Assembly: GCF_006345805.1 (NCBI RefSeq)
Contig: NC_043021.1
Location: 19,840,001 to 19,904,000, forward strand
Source of the DNA: Octopus sinensis
Lineage: Eukaryota
DNA length: 64,000 bases
Direction: 5' to 3'
The translations under genes were made by a program, and so were the position numbers. Positions 11,970 through 25,567 of this stretch are shown piece after piece. The notes below the pieces were generated by a model that did no database searches, was not told the origin of the DNA, and saw nothing but the letters and a program-made list of their open reading frames with translations. How positions within the stretch are numbered: position 1 is the first letter of the stretch; each line of letters begins with the position of its first letter.

Positions 11970-13241
11970 GCCCTGGGGCCCAGTATTGATCTATGTATGC
12001 TGTGGCTTGTCAGTAAATAATTACTACAGGGCCAATGCACTGCTTTTGTCAAAGGGGCTTCATGGGTCTATGGGTCCAATTCTGATCTACGTATGCTGTG
12101 GCTTGTCAATAAATAATTACTACAGGGCCAATGCACTGCTTTTGTCAAAGGGGCCTCATGGGTCTATGGGTCCAATTCTGATCTACGTATGCTGTGGCTT
12201 GTCAATAAATAATTACTACAGAGCCAATGCACTGCTTTTGTCAAAGGGACCTCATGGGTCTATAGGTCCAATTCTGATGTACGTATGCTGTGGCTTGTCA
12301 ATAAATAATTACTACAGGGCCAATGCACTGCTTTTGTCAAAGGGGCCTCATGGGTCTATGGGTCCAATTCTGATCTATGTATGCTGTGGCTTGTCAATAA
12401 ATAATTACTACAGGGCCAATGCACTGCTATTGTCAAAGGGGCCTCATGGGTCTATGGGTCCAATTCTGATCTATGTATGCTGTGGCTTGTCAATAAATAA
12501 TTACTACAGGGCCAATGCATTGCTTTTGTCAAAGGGGCCTCATGGGTCTATGGGTCCAATTCTGATGTACGTATGCTGTGGCTTGTCAATAAATAATTAC
12601 TACAGGGCCAATGCACTGCTTTTGTCAGAGGGGCCTCATGGGTCTATGGGTCCAATTCTGATGTACGTATGCTGTGGCTTGTCAATAAATAATTACTACA
12701 GGGCCAATGCACTGCTTTTGTCAGAGGGGCCTCATGGGTCTATGGGTCCAAGTCCATTTTAACAGCATTATGGGCCCCTAGACAAATCAGTGCATTGAGC
12801 CCGGATAATATTTATTTACTGACAACAAGCCACGGCATACATAGATCAGAATTGGACCCATGCTGTGGCTTGTCAATAAATAATTACTACAGGGCTAACG
12901 CACTGCTTTTGTCAAAGGGGCCTCATGGGTCTATGGGTCCAATTCTGATCTACGTATGCTGTGGCTTGTCAATAAATAATTACTACAGGGCTAATGCACT
13001 GCTTTTGTCAAAGGAGCCTCATGGGTCTATGGGCCCAATTTTGATCTACGTATGCTGTGGCTTGTCAATAAATAATTACTACAGGGCTAATGCACTGCTT
13101 TTGTCAAAGGAGCCTCATGGGTCTATGGGCCCAATTTTGATCTATGTATGCCGTGGCTTGTTGTCAGTAAATAAATATTATCCGGGCTCAATGCACTGAT
13201 TTGTCTAGGGCCCCATAATGCTGTTAAAATGGCCTTGGGAC
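11970..13241. repeat. 96-bp minisatellite (about 8 + 3 copies) with an internal ~115-bp inverted repeat
   Basis: 32-aa periodicity in ORFs 11899 and 12795. 12746-12860 is the reverse complement of 13126-13241. Confidence 0.92.
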
Positions 13242-13404
13242 TAAGTCTTGCAAAAGTTCTTCATTTGTTTTAAATGGACGATTGCAAGAATTGAAAATGC
13301 TTGTGAGAAGCAAGACAAGGTTGAGGGAGGGGTGGCTTTGGAACTAATCCAAGATTAAATCAAGTTGCCATTTGGTATTACTGAATATTGAATAGGTGTA
13401 AGGG

Positions 13405-13580
13405 TGGCTGTGTTTCCCAGCTGTATGGTTCCAGGTTCAGTCCCACTACAGGGCACCTTGGGCAAATGTCATCTACTATAGCCTGGGGTTGACCAATGCC
13501 TTGTGAGTGGATATTGTAGATGGAAACTGAAAGAAACCTGTCGTATGTATGTACATACACACACACACCACACACACACA

Positions 13581-13618
<38 letters not shown>

Positions 13619-13797
13619 ACACACACACACTCTCACACGCACACACACAAGTAGCTTGCTTACCGACCTCATGGTTCCGGGTTCAGTCCCACTGCATGGC
13701 ACCTTGGGCAAGTGTCTTCTACTATAGCCTCGGGTTGACCAAAGGCTTGTGAGTGGATTTGGTAGACGGAAACTGGAAGAAGCCCATCGTATATATG

Positions 13798-13843
<46 letters not shown>

Positions 13844-14088
13844 CGTGTGTGTTTGTGTGTGTTTGTGTGTGTGTGTGTGTATGTTTGAGTGTCTGTGTTT
13901 GTCCCCCTAACATCGCTTGACAACTGATGCTGGTGTGTTTATGTCCCCGTAACTTAGCAGTTCGGCAAAAGAGACTGACAGAATAAGTACTAGGCTTACA
14001 AAACAACAAGTCCTGGGGTCGATTTGCTGGACTAAAGGTGGTGCTCCAGCATGGCCACAATCAAATGACTGAAACAAGTAAAAGAGTA
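13405..14088 (+). mobile_element. Family A SINEs (two heads separated by (CA)n)
   Basis: Consensus match. Confidence 0.8.
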
Positions 14089-14370
14089 TAATTCATTTTA
14101 ATATTCTGCGAGAATATGGCAGTGAACTGATAGAATTGTTAACACGCCAGGCAAAATGCTTAGCGGCTTTTCATGTGTCTTTAGGTTCTGAGTTCAAATC
14201 CTGCCAAAGCCAACTTTGTCTTTCATCTTCACGGGGTCGATAAAATAAGTAACAGTTGAGCCCCTGTTGCTGGCCTTATATCAAAATTTGACATCAATAT
14301 TTTGTGAGGCTCTGTCTGACCATGGGGGAATATTTACCTTACTTGGTAACAGGAAGTGTATCTGCCTTAA

Positions 14371-14592
14371 CCCTTTTGTTACCATATTTCTGCTGAGATG
14401 CTCTGTGTTTATTTCAATTAATTTTAAATGTAACAAAGAATTTAGCAAAATAATTTAGTTATCATTAAGCTAGAGTTAGGAACATGAATTGTGACTAAGG
14501 TTTGGTGGAAGATTTTAGTTCAGAACTTTTGAAAACAAGACATTTGTATCACAGAGCCAGAGGCAGTTTCAGGCGGGTTGGTATCAAAAGGG
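14371..14592. mobile_element. piggyBac-like MITE
   Basis: TTAA|CCCTTTTG ... CAAAAGGG|TTAA. Confidence 0.65.
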
Positions 14593-14632
14593 TTAAATAA
14601 ATGCAGTCCCAATTTAAGCAAGCATGAAAAAT

Positions 14633-14935
14633 TGTTTGTTCCTTCTCGAGCCATGCCTGGCTCATAAGGGCCAGTTTCCCGGTTTCCTTGGCGTATAGGT
14701 TCCCCACCTGGACGGGATGCCAGTCTGTTGTAGGTGAGCTGCAAGATGCAGGAGGGAAGAGTGAGAGAAACTTGTAGCGAAGGAGTCAGCAGAAGTTCGC
14801 CATTACCTTCTGCCGGAGCCGCGAGGAGCTTAGGTGTTTCGCTCATAAACACACACATCACATCCGGTCTGAGATTTGAACCCATGATCCCTCAAACGCG
14901 AGTCCGCTGATCTAACCACTAGGCCATGTGCCTCC
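14633..14935 (-). mobile_element. SINE family C
   Basis: Reverse complement of 10426-10712. Confidence 0.8.
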
Positions 14936-15226
14936 ACAAGCATGAAAAAGAGAACACTAAATTGATTATGATGATCGTGGTGATGATGGTGGTGATGGTT
15001 GTGGTGATGGTGGTGGAGATAATAATGATGACGGTGATGGTGGTGTTGGTGACGATGGTGATGGTGGTGGTGGTGGTGGTTTTGGTGGTGATGGTGGTAG
15101 TGGTGATGATGGTGGTGGTGTTGGTGGTAGTGGTGATGGTGGTGGTGGTGATGGTGGTGATGAAGGTGATTTGACTAATTGTGTTTTGGAATCTTCTCAA
15201 GCTTTTTTTTTTTTGTCTATTTTAAG

Positions 15227-15318
15227 GATACAAATATTTACATCTTTGACCATTCGGCCTCCGTGACCATCGATGACTGTATCAACTGCAGAATATTTCT
15301 GGGACCAGTGAAAACAAG
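15227..15318 (+). CDS. RP2: RP2 coding exon: [30 protein letters not shown](S)
   Basis: Acceptor after a poly-T tract (tttaAG), donor GTaagt. Phase 0 in, phase 2 out. Matches [31 protein letters not shown]. Not present in the ORF track. Confidence 0.93.
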
Positions 15319-15359
15319 GTAAGTGCCTCATGGTATTGATTTCATTTCATTCAGACCTA

Positions 15360-15775
15360 TATCATCATCATCATCGTTTAGTGTCCGCTTTCCATGCTAG
15401 CATGGGTTGGACGGTTCAACCGGGGTCTGGGAAGCCAGGAGGCTGCACCAGGCTCCAGTCTGATCTGGCAATGTTTCTACGGCTGGATGCCCTTCCTAGT
15501 GCCAACCACTCCATGAGTGTAGTGGGTGCCACAGTCGGATGGTGCTTTTTACGTGCCACCAGCACGGAGGCCAGGTGAGGCTAGCAACGGCCATGATCGG
15601 ATGGTGCTTTTTACGTGCCACCGGCACGGAGGCCAGTCGGTGTGGCGCTGGCAACGGCCACGGTCGGATGGTGCTTTTTACGTGCCACCGGCACGGAGGC
15701 CAGTCGGTGCGGCGCTGGCAACGGCCACGGTCGGATGGTGCTTTTTACGTGCCACCGGCACGGAGGCCAGGCTAG
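15360..15775 (-). mobile_element. SINE family E with internal ~65-bp tandem units
   Basis: Repeated cggatggtgctttttacgtgccaccggcacggaggccag. Confidence 0.75.
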
Positions 15776-16375
15776 GCTGGCGAGCTACTAATAGTTTCAT
15801 GCTGTTATGATACTTGAGCAGGCATATTTATAAATGCACCATGTATCTTAAAGCTATTTTTCAGAGTCAATCCACATCTTGTATTTTTCCTCCGAACCAA
15901 ATTTTTAATCTCCTGAAGAAAACAGGTTTTTCATGATCTAATGAGGGTCAGGGTTAGGGTTAGTGTTAGGGTTTAATCAATAAAAAATGCATCTGAAACA
16001 GCCGTTTTTTTTTTTACTTATGCGCCATTTTTAAGCTTAACCAGGCTCATGGGCCCAGTTTCCTGGTTTCTGTGGCATGTGTGTTCCCCCCAGCTGGACG
16101 GGACGCCAGTCCATTGCAGCGTTACTCAAGAAACAGGAAGAAAGAGTGAGAGAAAGTTGGGGCAAAAGAGTACAACAGGGGTCGCCACCACCCTCTGCCG
16201 GAGCCTTGTGGAGCTTTTAGGTGTTTTCGCTCTATAAACACAAACACCCGGTCTGGGAATCGAAACTGCGATCCTTCAACTGCGAGTCCGCTGCCCTAAC
16301 CACTGGGCCATTACGCCTCCACCTGAAACAGCTGTAGTGAGCCTTTAGCCCATTTCATATGTATATTTTATATAT

Positions 16376-16792
16376 ACGCGCAGGAGTGGCTGTGTGGTAA
16401 GTAGCTTGTTTACCAACCACATGGTTCCGGGTTCAGTCCCACTGCGTGGCACCTTGGGCAAGTGTCTTTTACTATTGCCTTGGGCCGACCAAAGCCTTGT
16501 GAGTGGATTTGGTAGATGGAAACTGAAAGAAGCCCGTCGTATATATGTATATGTATATATACATGTGTGTGTATGAGTTTGTATGTCTGTGTTTGTGCCC
16601 CCAACATCGCTTGACAGCCGATGCAGGTGTGTTTATGTCCCCGTCACTTAGCGGTTCAGCAAAGAGACCGCTAGAATAAGTACTGGGCTTACAAAGAATA
16701 AGTCCCGGGGTCGAGTTGGTCAATTAAAGGCGGTGCTCCAGCATGGCCACAGTCAAATGACTGAAACAAGTAAAAGAGTCAAAGAGAAAGAG
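16376..16792 (+). mobile_element. SINE family A
   Basis: Consensus match. Confidence 0.85.
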
Positions 16793-16796
16793 TATA

Positions 16797-17014
16797 CGTT
16801 GGGGTGCTGAAATGTTCCTGGCTTTAAGGGTATGACAAAAGGCCTGGCTGGAACCCCAACCTTCCGAGTTCTTTTACAGGGTTTAGAAAAACTGAAGGAC
16901 CACTGCAATTAGTGTGTGAACCTGAGAGGGGAAATATGTTGAATAAAATCCTAATTAACTGATTCTCCTGTATTTTCTTTTACACAAAGCCAGGAACTTT
17001 TCAGCACCCCCTCA
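16797..17014. mobile_element. mariner-like MITE
   Basis: TA|cgttggggtgctgaaatgttcctggcttt ... aaagccaggaacttttcagcaccccctca: ~30-bp imperfect TIRs. Confidence 0.7.
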
Positions 17015-17114
17015 TGTGTGTGTGTGTGTGTGTATACACATACATGCTTACATGTGTAGCTAGTTATTCATTTTTGCACGTAGATCCATCTATATTACAT
17101 ACACTCACATCGTC

Positions 17115-17120
17115 AGACAA

Positions 17121-17151
<31 letters not shown>

Positions 17152-19015
17152 TACTCACACACACACACACACACTCACACACACATACACATACATACTC
17201 ACACACCACACACACACACACATACATACTCACACACACACACACACACACTCACACACACATACACATACATACTCACACACACACACACACACTCACA
17301 AACACATACACATACACACACACTCACACACACACATACACACATTCACACACACTCACACATACACATACACACACACACTCACAAACACATACACTCA
17401 CACCCACATACACATACACACATACACTCACACCTACATACACATCATCACACACACACGCTCACACACTCACAAACACACACTCATACACACATACACA
17501 CACATACAGCAAAAAGCGAAAACAAAACAAACATAATTTTTTCTCTGTTAATTAACCTTGCAACACTTAAGTATGATTAAATAAATAAATAAATAAATTA
17601 ATTAATAAATAAATAAATAGATAAATAAATAAACAAAAAAAGCCAGACTGATCTAATCCAGGTTCAGGTCTGCAAAAGAGAAACTACCTTCAAGTGCTGT
17701 TGCTGCTTGTGGTGATGGTGATGATGGTGATGGTGGTAGTGGTGATGGTGATGATGATGATGATGGTGGTGGTGGTGGCGGTGGTAGTAGTGCTGCTGCT
17801 GCTTGTGGTGATGGTGATGATGGTGGTGATGATGATGATAATGATGATGGTGGTGGTGATGGTGGTGGCGCGGGGTAGTAGTGCTGCTGCTGCTTGTGGT
17901 GATGATGATGATGGTGGTGGTGATGGTGGTGGCGGTGGTGGTAGTAGTGCTGCTGCTGCTTGTGGTGATGGTGATGATGATGATGGTGGTGGTGGTGGCG
18001 GCGGCGGTGATAGTAATGCTGCTGTTGCTGCCGCCGCTGCCACTTGTGGTGCTACTGGTGTTTCTGATTGCGTATTTGGTGCGGAATGAGGAAGGAAGAA
18101 AATTGGGTGGTGGGGGTGGCGGGCGGGGGTGGTGGTGGGGTGGATAGCTTGGAGGCAATAAGGAAAGAATTCTGCTGAAAGAGTTCTCGTCGGCTTCTGC
18201 TTCTCAAAAAGCACTTTAACCAAAAACCGAATTATTGATTGGCAGATCCCTCCAGAGATAAAATTATTAACCCTCGAGCCCTTCAGATTTTCTTTACCAA
18301 ATGTTAGACTTATTTGTTCACACTGTTTTGAATTAATCATGCGTTATGCTGGGGCTTTGGCATTTCAATGATATGATTGTTTGTTTATTTTTAGAATGAC
18401 ATTGTAGGACAGGTGTGAAAAGCTGAATCTGATCAGTTTGAGCATAAAACGGGTTGAATATTTGGATACGTACATGCTTACACATGCAACTAGTTATTCA
18501 TCTTTGCACATAGATCCATCTACATTACATACACTCACATCGTCACACAAACACACACACTCTCACACACACACACACATTCAAAAACACACACACACAT
18601 ATACACACACACACTCACAAACACACACTAAAAAACACACACACTCTCACACCACACACACTCACACACACACACTCAAAGACACACACACACACATATA
18701 CACACACACTCACAAACACACACTCACACACACACACTAAAAAACACACACACTCACACACACATATACACACGCACAGTCACAAACACATACACACTCA
18801 TACACACTCACACACACATACGCACACACACTCACAAACACACACACTAACACACACACTCACAAACACACACACTCACACACACACACACTCACAAACA
18901 CACACACTCACACACACATACACACACACACACTCACAAACACACTCACACACACACTCACAAACACACGCTCACAAACATACACACACATACACATACA
19001 CGCACATACAAACAC
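17115..19015. repeat. Microsatellite-rich block: (CA)-rich 17115-17505 and 18555-19015, (GGT/GAT/GCT)n 17700-18060
   Basis: Direct inspection. Confidence 0.9.
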
Positions 19016-19451
19016 ATGTTGCATCCTGTGACTTTGATATTTCGATGATATGATTGTTTGTTTATTTTTAGAATGACATTGTAGGGTAGGTGTGAGAAGC
19101 TGGATCTGACCAGTTTGAGCACAAAACGGGTTGAATATTTGAACCAGTTTAAATGCTAAAGTCGATGAGGTTTAACAAAGAAATTATGATGGAAAACAGT
19201 AGATTGGAGAGCTGTCTAGGTAGGGTCAATTGGTGTAGGTGGGGTCAATTGAGTTTTTGCTTGGTCAACAGAGAGGGATAATACTGGGTGTCCACAGTTT
19301 GGGTAGTTAGCTACACTGACCACATAATTGTGATCTGCATGGACAGCTTAACTAAGATGCATAGACAGGGGTCTAGCTATTGTAGTGTGTCATTCGTGAT
19401 GATGAGAGAGGATTAGTAAACTAGTTTGGCAAGAATGGCAGCAAGAATGAA

Positions 19452-20295
19452 GGTGGTGAGCTGGCAGAAATGGTAGCATGCCGGGCAAAATGCATAGCCG
19501 GATTTCGTCTGCTGTTACATTCTGAGTTCAAATTCCACCGAGGTCGACTTTGCCTTTCATCCTTTCAGGGTTGATAAATTAAGCACCTATTTCTTTACTA
19601 CCCACAAGGGGCTAAACACAGAGGGGACAAACAAGGACAAACAAACGGATTAAGTTGATTAGATCGACCCCAGTGCATAACTGGTACTTATTTAATCGAC
19701 CCTGAAAGGATGAAAGGCAAAGTCGACCTCGGCGGAATTTGAACTCAGAACGTAATGGCAGACGAAATACGGCTACGCATTTCGCCCGGCGTGCTAACGT
19801 TTCTGCCAGCTCGCTGCCTTAATAAATTAAGTACCAGTTACGCACTGGGGTCAACGTAATCGACTTAATCCGTTTGTCTGTCCTTGTTTGTCCCCTCTGT
19901 GTTTAGCCCCTTGTGAGTAGTAAAGAATTAGGTATTTCGTCCGTCTTTACATTCTGAGTTCAAATTCCGCCGAGGTCGACTTTGTCTTTCATCCTTTCGG
20001 GGTCGATAAATTAAGTACCAGTTACACACTGGGGTCGATGCAACTGACTTAATCCCTTTGTCTGTCCTTGTTTGTCCCCTCTGTGTTTAGCCCCTTGTGA
20101 GTAGTAAAGAAATAGGTATTTCGTCCGTCTTTACATTCTGAGTTCAAATTCCGCCGAGGTCGACTTTGCCTTTCATCCTTTCGGGGTCGATAAATTAAGT
20201 ACCAGTTACACACTGGGGTCGATGCAACTGACTTAATCCCTTTGTCTGTCCTTGTTTGTCCCCTCTATGTTTAGCCCCTTGTGGGCAATAGAGAA
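19452..20295. mobile_element. SINE family B cluster: a reverse copy (~19590-19820) nested inside forward copies with ~181-bp tandem subunits
   Basis: ggtgagctggcagaa...gttcaaattccgccgaggtcgactttgcctttcatcctttcggggtcgataaa. The central motif resembles the Meta-type SINE domain as I recall it (unverified). Confidence 0.8.
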
Positions 20296-20833
20296 ACAAG
20301 AAATAAGAATGGAGTGAGGGGCAATTCCTATCAACAACCGAAGCTGGATCTCACCATGTTGAGAATCCCTTGTCCAAAATTCATGAATGTGTTGCAGGTT
20401 TTGGAGTATTTTTTTTATGCTTGCATTTATGAAATGGGACAGCTTGGGGTTGGGACCCAGATCCAAACAACATCCATTTACATTTCATAATATAGCTTAT
20501 ACATAAACCCTGAAAGTAAATTCATATAAATTCTTAATAATTTCTTCTATACATAATACCATGAGAAAATTGTAAGATATCAGTCTCCACCTCCAATGTC
20601 ATGCTTTGATTAAAAGGTTAGAATATACGTCTGCCATTTCCCTCTCTCTCTCTTTCGGAGAGGCACTGAGCAGCTATACGCACACATACGCACACGGCAG
20701 TAACTTCCACCTACCGAATTCAATCACAAAGCTCCAGTCGGCTCGGGGCTATAGTGGAAGACACCTACCCAAAGTGCCACGCAGTGGGACTGAACCCGAA
20801 ACCATGTAGCTAGGTTTTGTATTTTGTTTTTTA

Positions 20834-21524
20834 CTAGCAGCAATACCCGTTGTTCATCGGATAATTACTTTTACTCTTTCTCAGAAGTCACATTCAAAGT
20901 ATTATTATATATATAATAGATTTCTCAACGGGGATTTCAGGGGAGAGTTTCAGGGAGTCGCTGGCGATGTATCGTGATGATCAAAAATCCAGCCTGCTAA
21001 AATTTGGTTAAAGTGATTCAAACTCCAGACTCAACGCAAAATGGTCACATTTAATTCAAAGCGTTAAAAATGTTATGAAAACAATTGGTATGTGTTCACA
21101 AAGTCCAAACGATTAATACGAAAAAACCCTCCAGACTACATCCCGAAAATTCATTTCTTTGCCGAATTTCTACAATGTTTACGGCGATTCGTTTTTATAT
21201 CTTGATTTTTTTATTTTCCATGCAATTTATGCATGCTTGCACATGTGGTGAACACAGTTCACGTCAAACAGCTGACTGAGTAAAGTTCACTATTCAATGC
21301 ATGGGATAAGGCCTAAACAAACACATTATCGATTTTTGTACTTGTGAGATGAATTTCGGAACAGAAAAAGCGCAGTTCAATTTTCATTTGCCTAAACTTT
21401 AAGTGACCCATTTTTGGTGGTTCTACGATTTGTTGGCTAGGAGGAGATGTGCCGGGAAGTTAAACACACAGACACACACACAGATATGCACACAGACACA
21501 CAAGTTGAGTTTTATATATATAGA
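20834..21524 (-). mobile_element. Non-autonomous Helitron-like element
   Basis: Minus strand starts A|TCTATATATATAAAA and ends ccg-loop-cgg...GCTGCTAG|T, i.e. TC...CTAG between A and T. Confidence 0.7.
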
Positions 21525-21999
21525 TTATACACATATTAGGCTTTACATAATGTATAAAATCAAAGCATAGAACATGATTACAGGTAAATAAAATGAAAAC
21601 TGAAAAAAAGAGTCAGCATTTTATTATTAAAATAAAGAACAAGAAGTGATACTAGTCATGTTACACTCGTACATGGAGGTGACATTCAGGTCTCACATAA
21701 AAAATAACGATTTGCACTTACTGTTCTAAAGCACAGAACAAAACATGATGATCACTGCTTCCAAACTCACGTTTCATAATGGCAGCTGTGCATGGTGGAA
21801 CATTCCCAACACTCCGTGGAATTTTTCTTTTGTGGCTTGTCATGTCAGCATTCGAAAAAAACTTTCAGATTTTGGAATTTCGGAGTTTGGAAGTTTTAAA
21901 TTTTGGACAAAGGGTCTTCAACAGTATTACAATAAAACTTAAAACTAAAATGATAAACTTTAGAAATGATCTAGCACCAGGAAATGACATGCTAGATTG

Positions 22000-22302
22000 G
22001 AGGCATATGGCCTAGTGGTTAGAGCAGCGAACTCGCGGTCGAGGGATCGCGGGTTCAAATCTCAAACCGGGCAGTGTGTGTGTTTATGAGCGAAACACTT
22101 AAGCTCCATGCAGCTCCGGCAGAAGGTAATGGTGAACTTCTGCTGACTCTTTCACCACAACTTTCTCTCACTCTTTCCTCCTGCATCTTACAGCTCACTT
22201 GCGACGGACTGGCATCCTATCCAGGTGAGGAACATATACGCCAAGGAAACCGGGAAACCAGCCCTAATGAGCCAGGCATGGCTCAAGAAGGAACAAACAA
22301 CC
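22000..22302 (+). mobile_element. SINE family C
   Basis: Consensus match. Confidence 0.8.
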
Positions 22303-22759
22303 ACATGCTAGATTGGGGACAAGTTAGCAATCTAGCAGAGGTTGTTAGGAAAGACATCATAGCTGAGAATTGGCATTCGATTATATTTTAATGTGAAATA
22401 GGAAGGCTGCATTGTCAGAGCTAAGATATATACCTTTAGGCATGGAGGAGAGAAAGCCATGCCTGGTTCACAAGAGCCAGTTTCCTGGTTTCCTTGGCGT
22501 ATAGGTTCCCCACCAGGACGGGACGCTGGTCCGACACAAGACCTGCAATGTTAGGGAAATGGGCAAGTCAGTGTATCAACCCCAGAGCTTAGCTGGTACT
22601 TACTTTATCAAACTTCAATCTTAAAATCGATGAAAGACAAAGTTGACCTTGGCAGAATTTGAACTCAATGCAAACTTGGGCAAAATACTGCTAAGCATTG
22701 TGCCCGGTGTGCTTATGATTCTGCCAGCTTGCTGCCAGCTGCTGTCTGACATTAAAAAT

Positions 22760-23335
22760 TAATTTGGCTGGCACCATACTGAAGGAATACCAAATAGCTA
22801 CTGGAGTAACAATTAACCCGGACAAGTTATTGGGTTTGCAACTTGGCCATTATCAAGTGATTAAAAACAGCTGCTCTCCACACACCTTGGCCCCCAAATA
22901 TTGCTACATGTGCAGTTATTTCAAACAGCTGTTGAAGTATGTAGGGCAAGTCTGGTTGTTAACCCACATGAAAAATTAGCCCGCTACTTTCCTCCCATAG
23001 GTGGTAGGGAATGTCTGGCGCCTATGGTGAAAGACTTTACCATCGCAGACAAAACTGAGAGAGGACAAAGGATGGGGGGTTTTCTTTTCAACCAAGCCCT
23101 CATCAACTTTTTTCAAGTACTATTCGAAGGGGAAGGCAAATATGAAGTGGGAATTGTCATCCTAAACCTACCCTCCATGTGGACTTAGGGTGGCAAATGA
23201 AGACTAGTTCGTAGGGTTTGTTCTGAATATGCATCTGTATGCCATGGATGGAGGGCTTGCAGAGAGCGCTCACCCATGGTGCAAACTGCAATCAGGTACT
23301 TAGGTTGGCGGTTCCTGATTAGCTCTAAGTGATTA
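22760..23335 (+). mobile_element. Decayed Tx1/L1-like RT fragment
   Basis: AGTILKEYQIATGVTINPDKLLGLQLG resembles the post-YADD region (Y.xAsG..iN..Ks.gl.lG). Downstream LW.GGK.LVRR.C-like remnants, many stops and frameshifts. Confidence 0.45.
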
Positions 23336-23517
23336 TCCATCAAGTGGGACAATTTCAGTGTTTTAATGCTGCTGCCACCACCACAACCACCACCACCGCT
23401 GCCACTACCACCACCACCACCACCACCAACGACAATTACCACTACTACTTCGTCCATCAACTACTACTACCACCAACTACTGCCACTACCCTACCTCCGG
23501 CACTGCCTCCATTACAT

Positions 23518-23935
23518 ACCTATTTCTTTACTACCCACAAGGGGCTAAACACAGAGGGGACAAACAAGGACAGACAGACAGATTAAGTCGATTATATCGA
23601 CTCCAGTGCATAACTGGTACTTATTTAATCGACCCCGAAAGGATGAAAGGCAAAGTCGACCTCGGCGGAATTTGAACTCAGAACCTAATGGTAGACGAAG
23701 TACCTATTTCTTTATTACCCACAAGGGGCTAAACACAGAGGGGACAAACAAGGACAGACAAACAGATTAAGTTGATTATATCGACCCCAGTGCATAACTG
23801 GTACTTATTTAATCGACCCCGAAAGGATGAAAAGCAAAGTTGACCTCAGCGGAATTTGAACTCAGAACGTAACGCAGACGAAATACTGCTAAGCATTTCG
23901 CCCGGCGTGCAAACGTTTCTGCCAGCTCGCCGCCT
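23518..23935 (-). mobile_element. SINE family B with two 181-bp subunits
   Basis: Reverse complement of consensus. Confidence 0.8.
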
Positions 23936-24268
23936 TCCTCCATTACATACCATTTCCAACATGGTCACCACTCTCGTCACCTCTGCCACTATCACCAACA
24001 CCACCACCTCTACCATCAACCATCACCACTAAAACTACCACTTCCACATTGACAAACCCCACTGCCAATCACTACTACTACTATTACTACTGCCACTACC
24101 ACCAACACTACCACCACCATCCACCCACTGTCCATCTTTACTGCCACTACCACCACCAGCATCACCACTGCCACTATTGCTACTACTGCTACCTTCACCA
24201 CCACCTCCAACAACAACATCAACTACCACCACTAGCACCACCACTGCCACCATCACCACTACCTCCAC

Positions 24269-24368
24269 NNNNNNNNNNNNNNNNNNNNNNNNNNNNNNNN
24301 NNNNNNNNNNNNNNNNNNNNNNNNNNNNNNNNNNNNNNNNNNNNNNNNNNNNNNNNNNNNNNNNNNNN
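24269..24368. other. Assembly gap (100 N) next to a (CAC/CAT)n tract
   Basis: Direct inspection. Confidence 1.
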
Positions 24369-25026
24369 CCCGGTACACACGAGGGCACGTGGCTTAGTGG
24401 TTAGGGTGTCAGTATCATGATTGTAAGATTGTGGTTTCGATTCCTGGACTGGGCGACGCGTCGTGTTCTTGAGCAGAGCACTTCATTTTACGTTGCTCCA
24501 GTCCACTCAGCTGGCAAAAATGAGTAACACTGCGATGGACTGGCGTCCCATCCAACTGGTGAACACATACGCCATTGAAAGCGGGAAACCGGGCCCATGA
24601 GCCTGGCTAGGCTTTAAAAGGGCGCATTTATTCTATTATTTTATATATGTATGTATATGTGTGTGTATATTTGTGTCTCCTTGTTTTGACACCATGCTAT
24701 TTTGTCACTCATTACTAATATTCTGTGAAAACCTGTCTGGCCATTGAGAAATATTATCTCAGGTAACAGGTAAAGGTTGATGGCAGAAAGAGCACCCAGC
24801 TGTAGAAAATCTGCCCCAATAAACTCCATTTGGTCTATGTGACATGGATAAATGGATGTTAAAATGACGATAACGGCCTCTTTTGGAAAGACTTCACAGG
24901 GTGCCAATCTGTTTTGTTGATTTGTCTGTTAAACTCTTTTATATGACTGGCGGCAGATTTTCTTAAAGACTTTTTTTTATTATTTCTTAAAACCATAATC
25001 TTTGCCCTTTTTTTTTTTTATTTCAG

Positions 25027-25199
25027 TGTCTTTGTAAGGGACTGCAAAAACTGCAAAATAATGACAGGGTGTCAGCAATACAGGACCAGAGACTGTACCC
25101 AGATTGACAGCTTCCTTTTGTGTACCACAAAACCCATCATCGAATCTTCGACAGAAATGAAGTTTTCATGTTTCCAGTATTACTATCCTCAATTAGAAG
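25027..25199 (+). CDS. RP2: RP2 coding exon with GAP catalytic region: (S)VFVRDCKNCKIMTGCQQYRTRDCTQIDSFLLCTTKPIIESSTEMKFSCFQYYYPQLE
   Basis: tttcAG acceptor, GTaaat donor. CQQ-x-R (human Q116/R118 arginine finger) and PIIESS (E138) are conserved. Confidence 0.94.
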
Positions 25200-25242
25200 G
25201 TAAATATCGCAACATGCTACGTTACTGCTGTCTGTTATATCG

Positions 25243-25567
25243 GAGACCCCCTTCGGTTTCAGACTATGGGATTGCACCTAGAAAGTTACCCTCCTAGACA
25301 CAAGTCCGGGCGAGGTTGTTTATGGAAGACCAGCAGTCGCCCATGCATACCAGCCTCCCCTCTCCACACCACCAGTGTTATCCAAGGTAAAGGCAAGGGC
25401 CAATACAGCTTGGCACCAGTGACATTACAACTCATTTCTACAGCTGAGTGAACTGGAGCAACGTGAAATAAAGTGTCTTGCTCAAGAACACAACACGCAG
25501 CCCGGTCCGGGATTCGAGCTCACAACCTCACGATCGTAAGCTCGACGCTCTAACCACTGAGCCATAT
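25243..25567 (-). mobile_element. SINE family D
   Basis: Reverse complement of 5110-5442. Confidence 0.8.

Noticed and set aside
11899-12762. 287-aa ORF; its start FIVFGPIKGSS resembles RP2 IFLGPVKGS
   Set aside because: The ORF is the 96-bp repeat. The short resemblance lacks the upstream DHSA/IDDC motif, has no good acceptor and has the wrong donor phase; the true exon is at 15227-15318.
25204-25211. U12-type AT donor (ATATCGCA) that would fix the RP2 phase
   Set aside because: Poor match to ATATCCTT, no TCCTTAAC branch site near the acceptor, it would need an AT-AG intron, and it adds residues not in the alignment.
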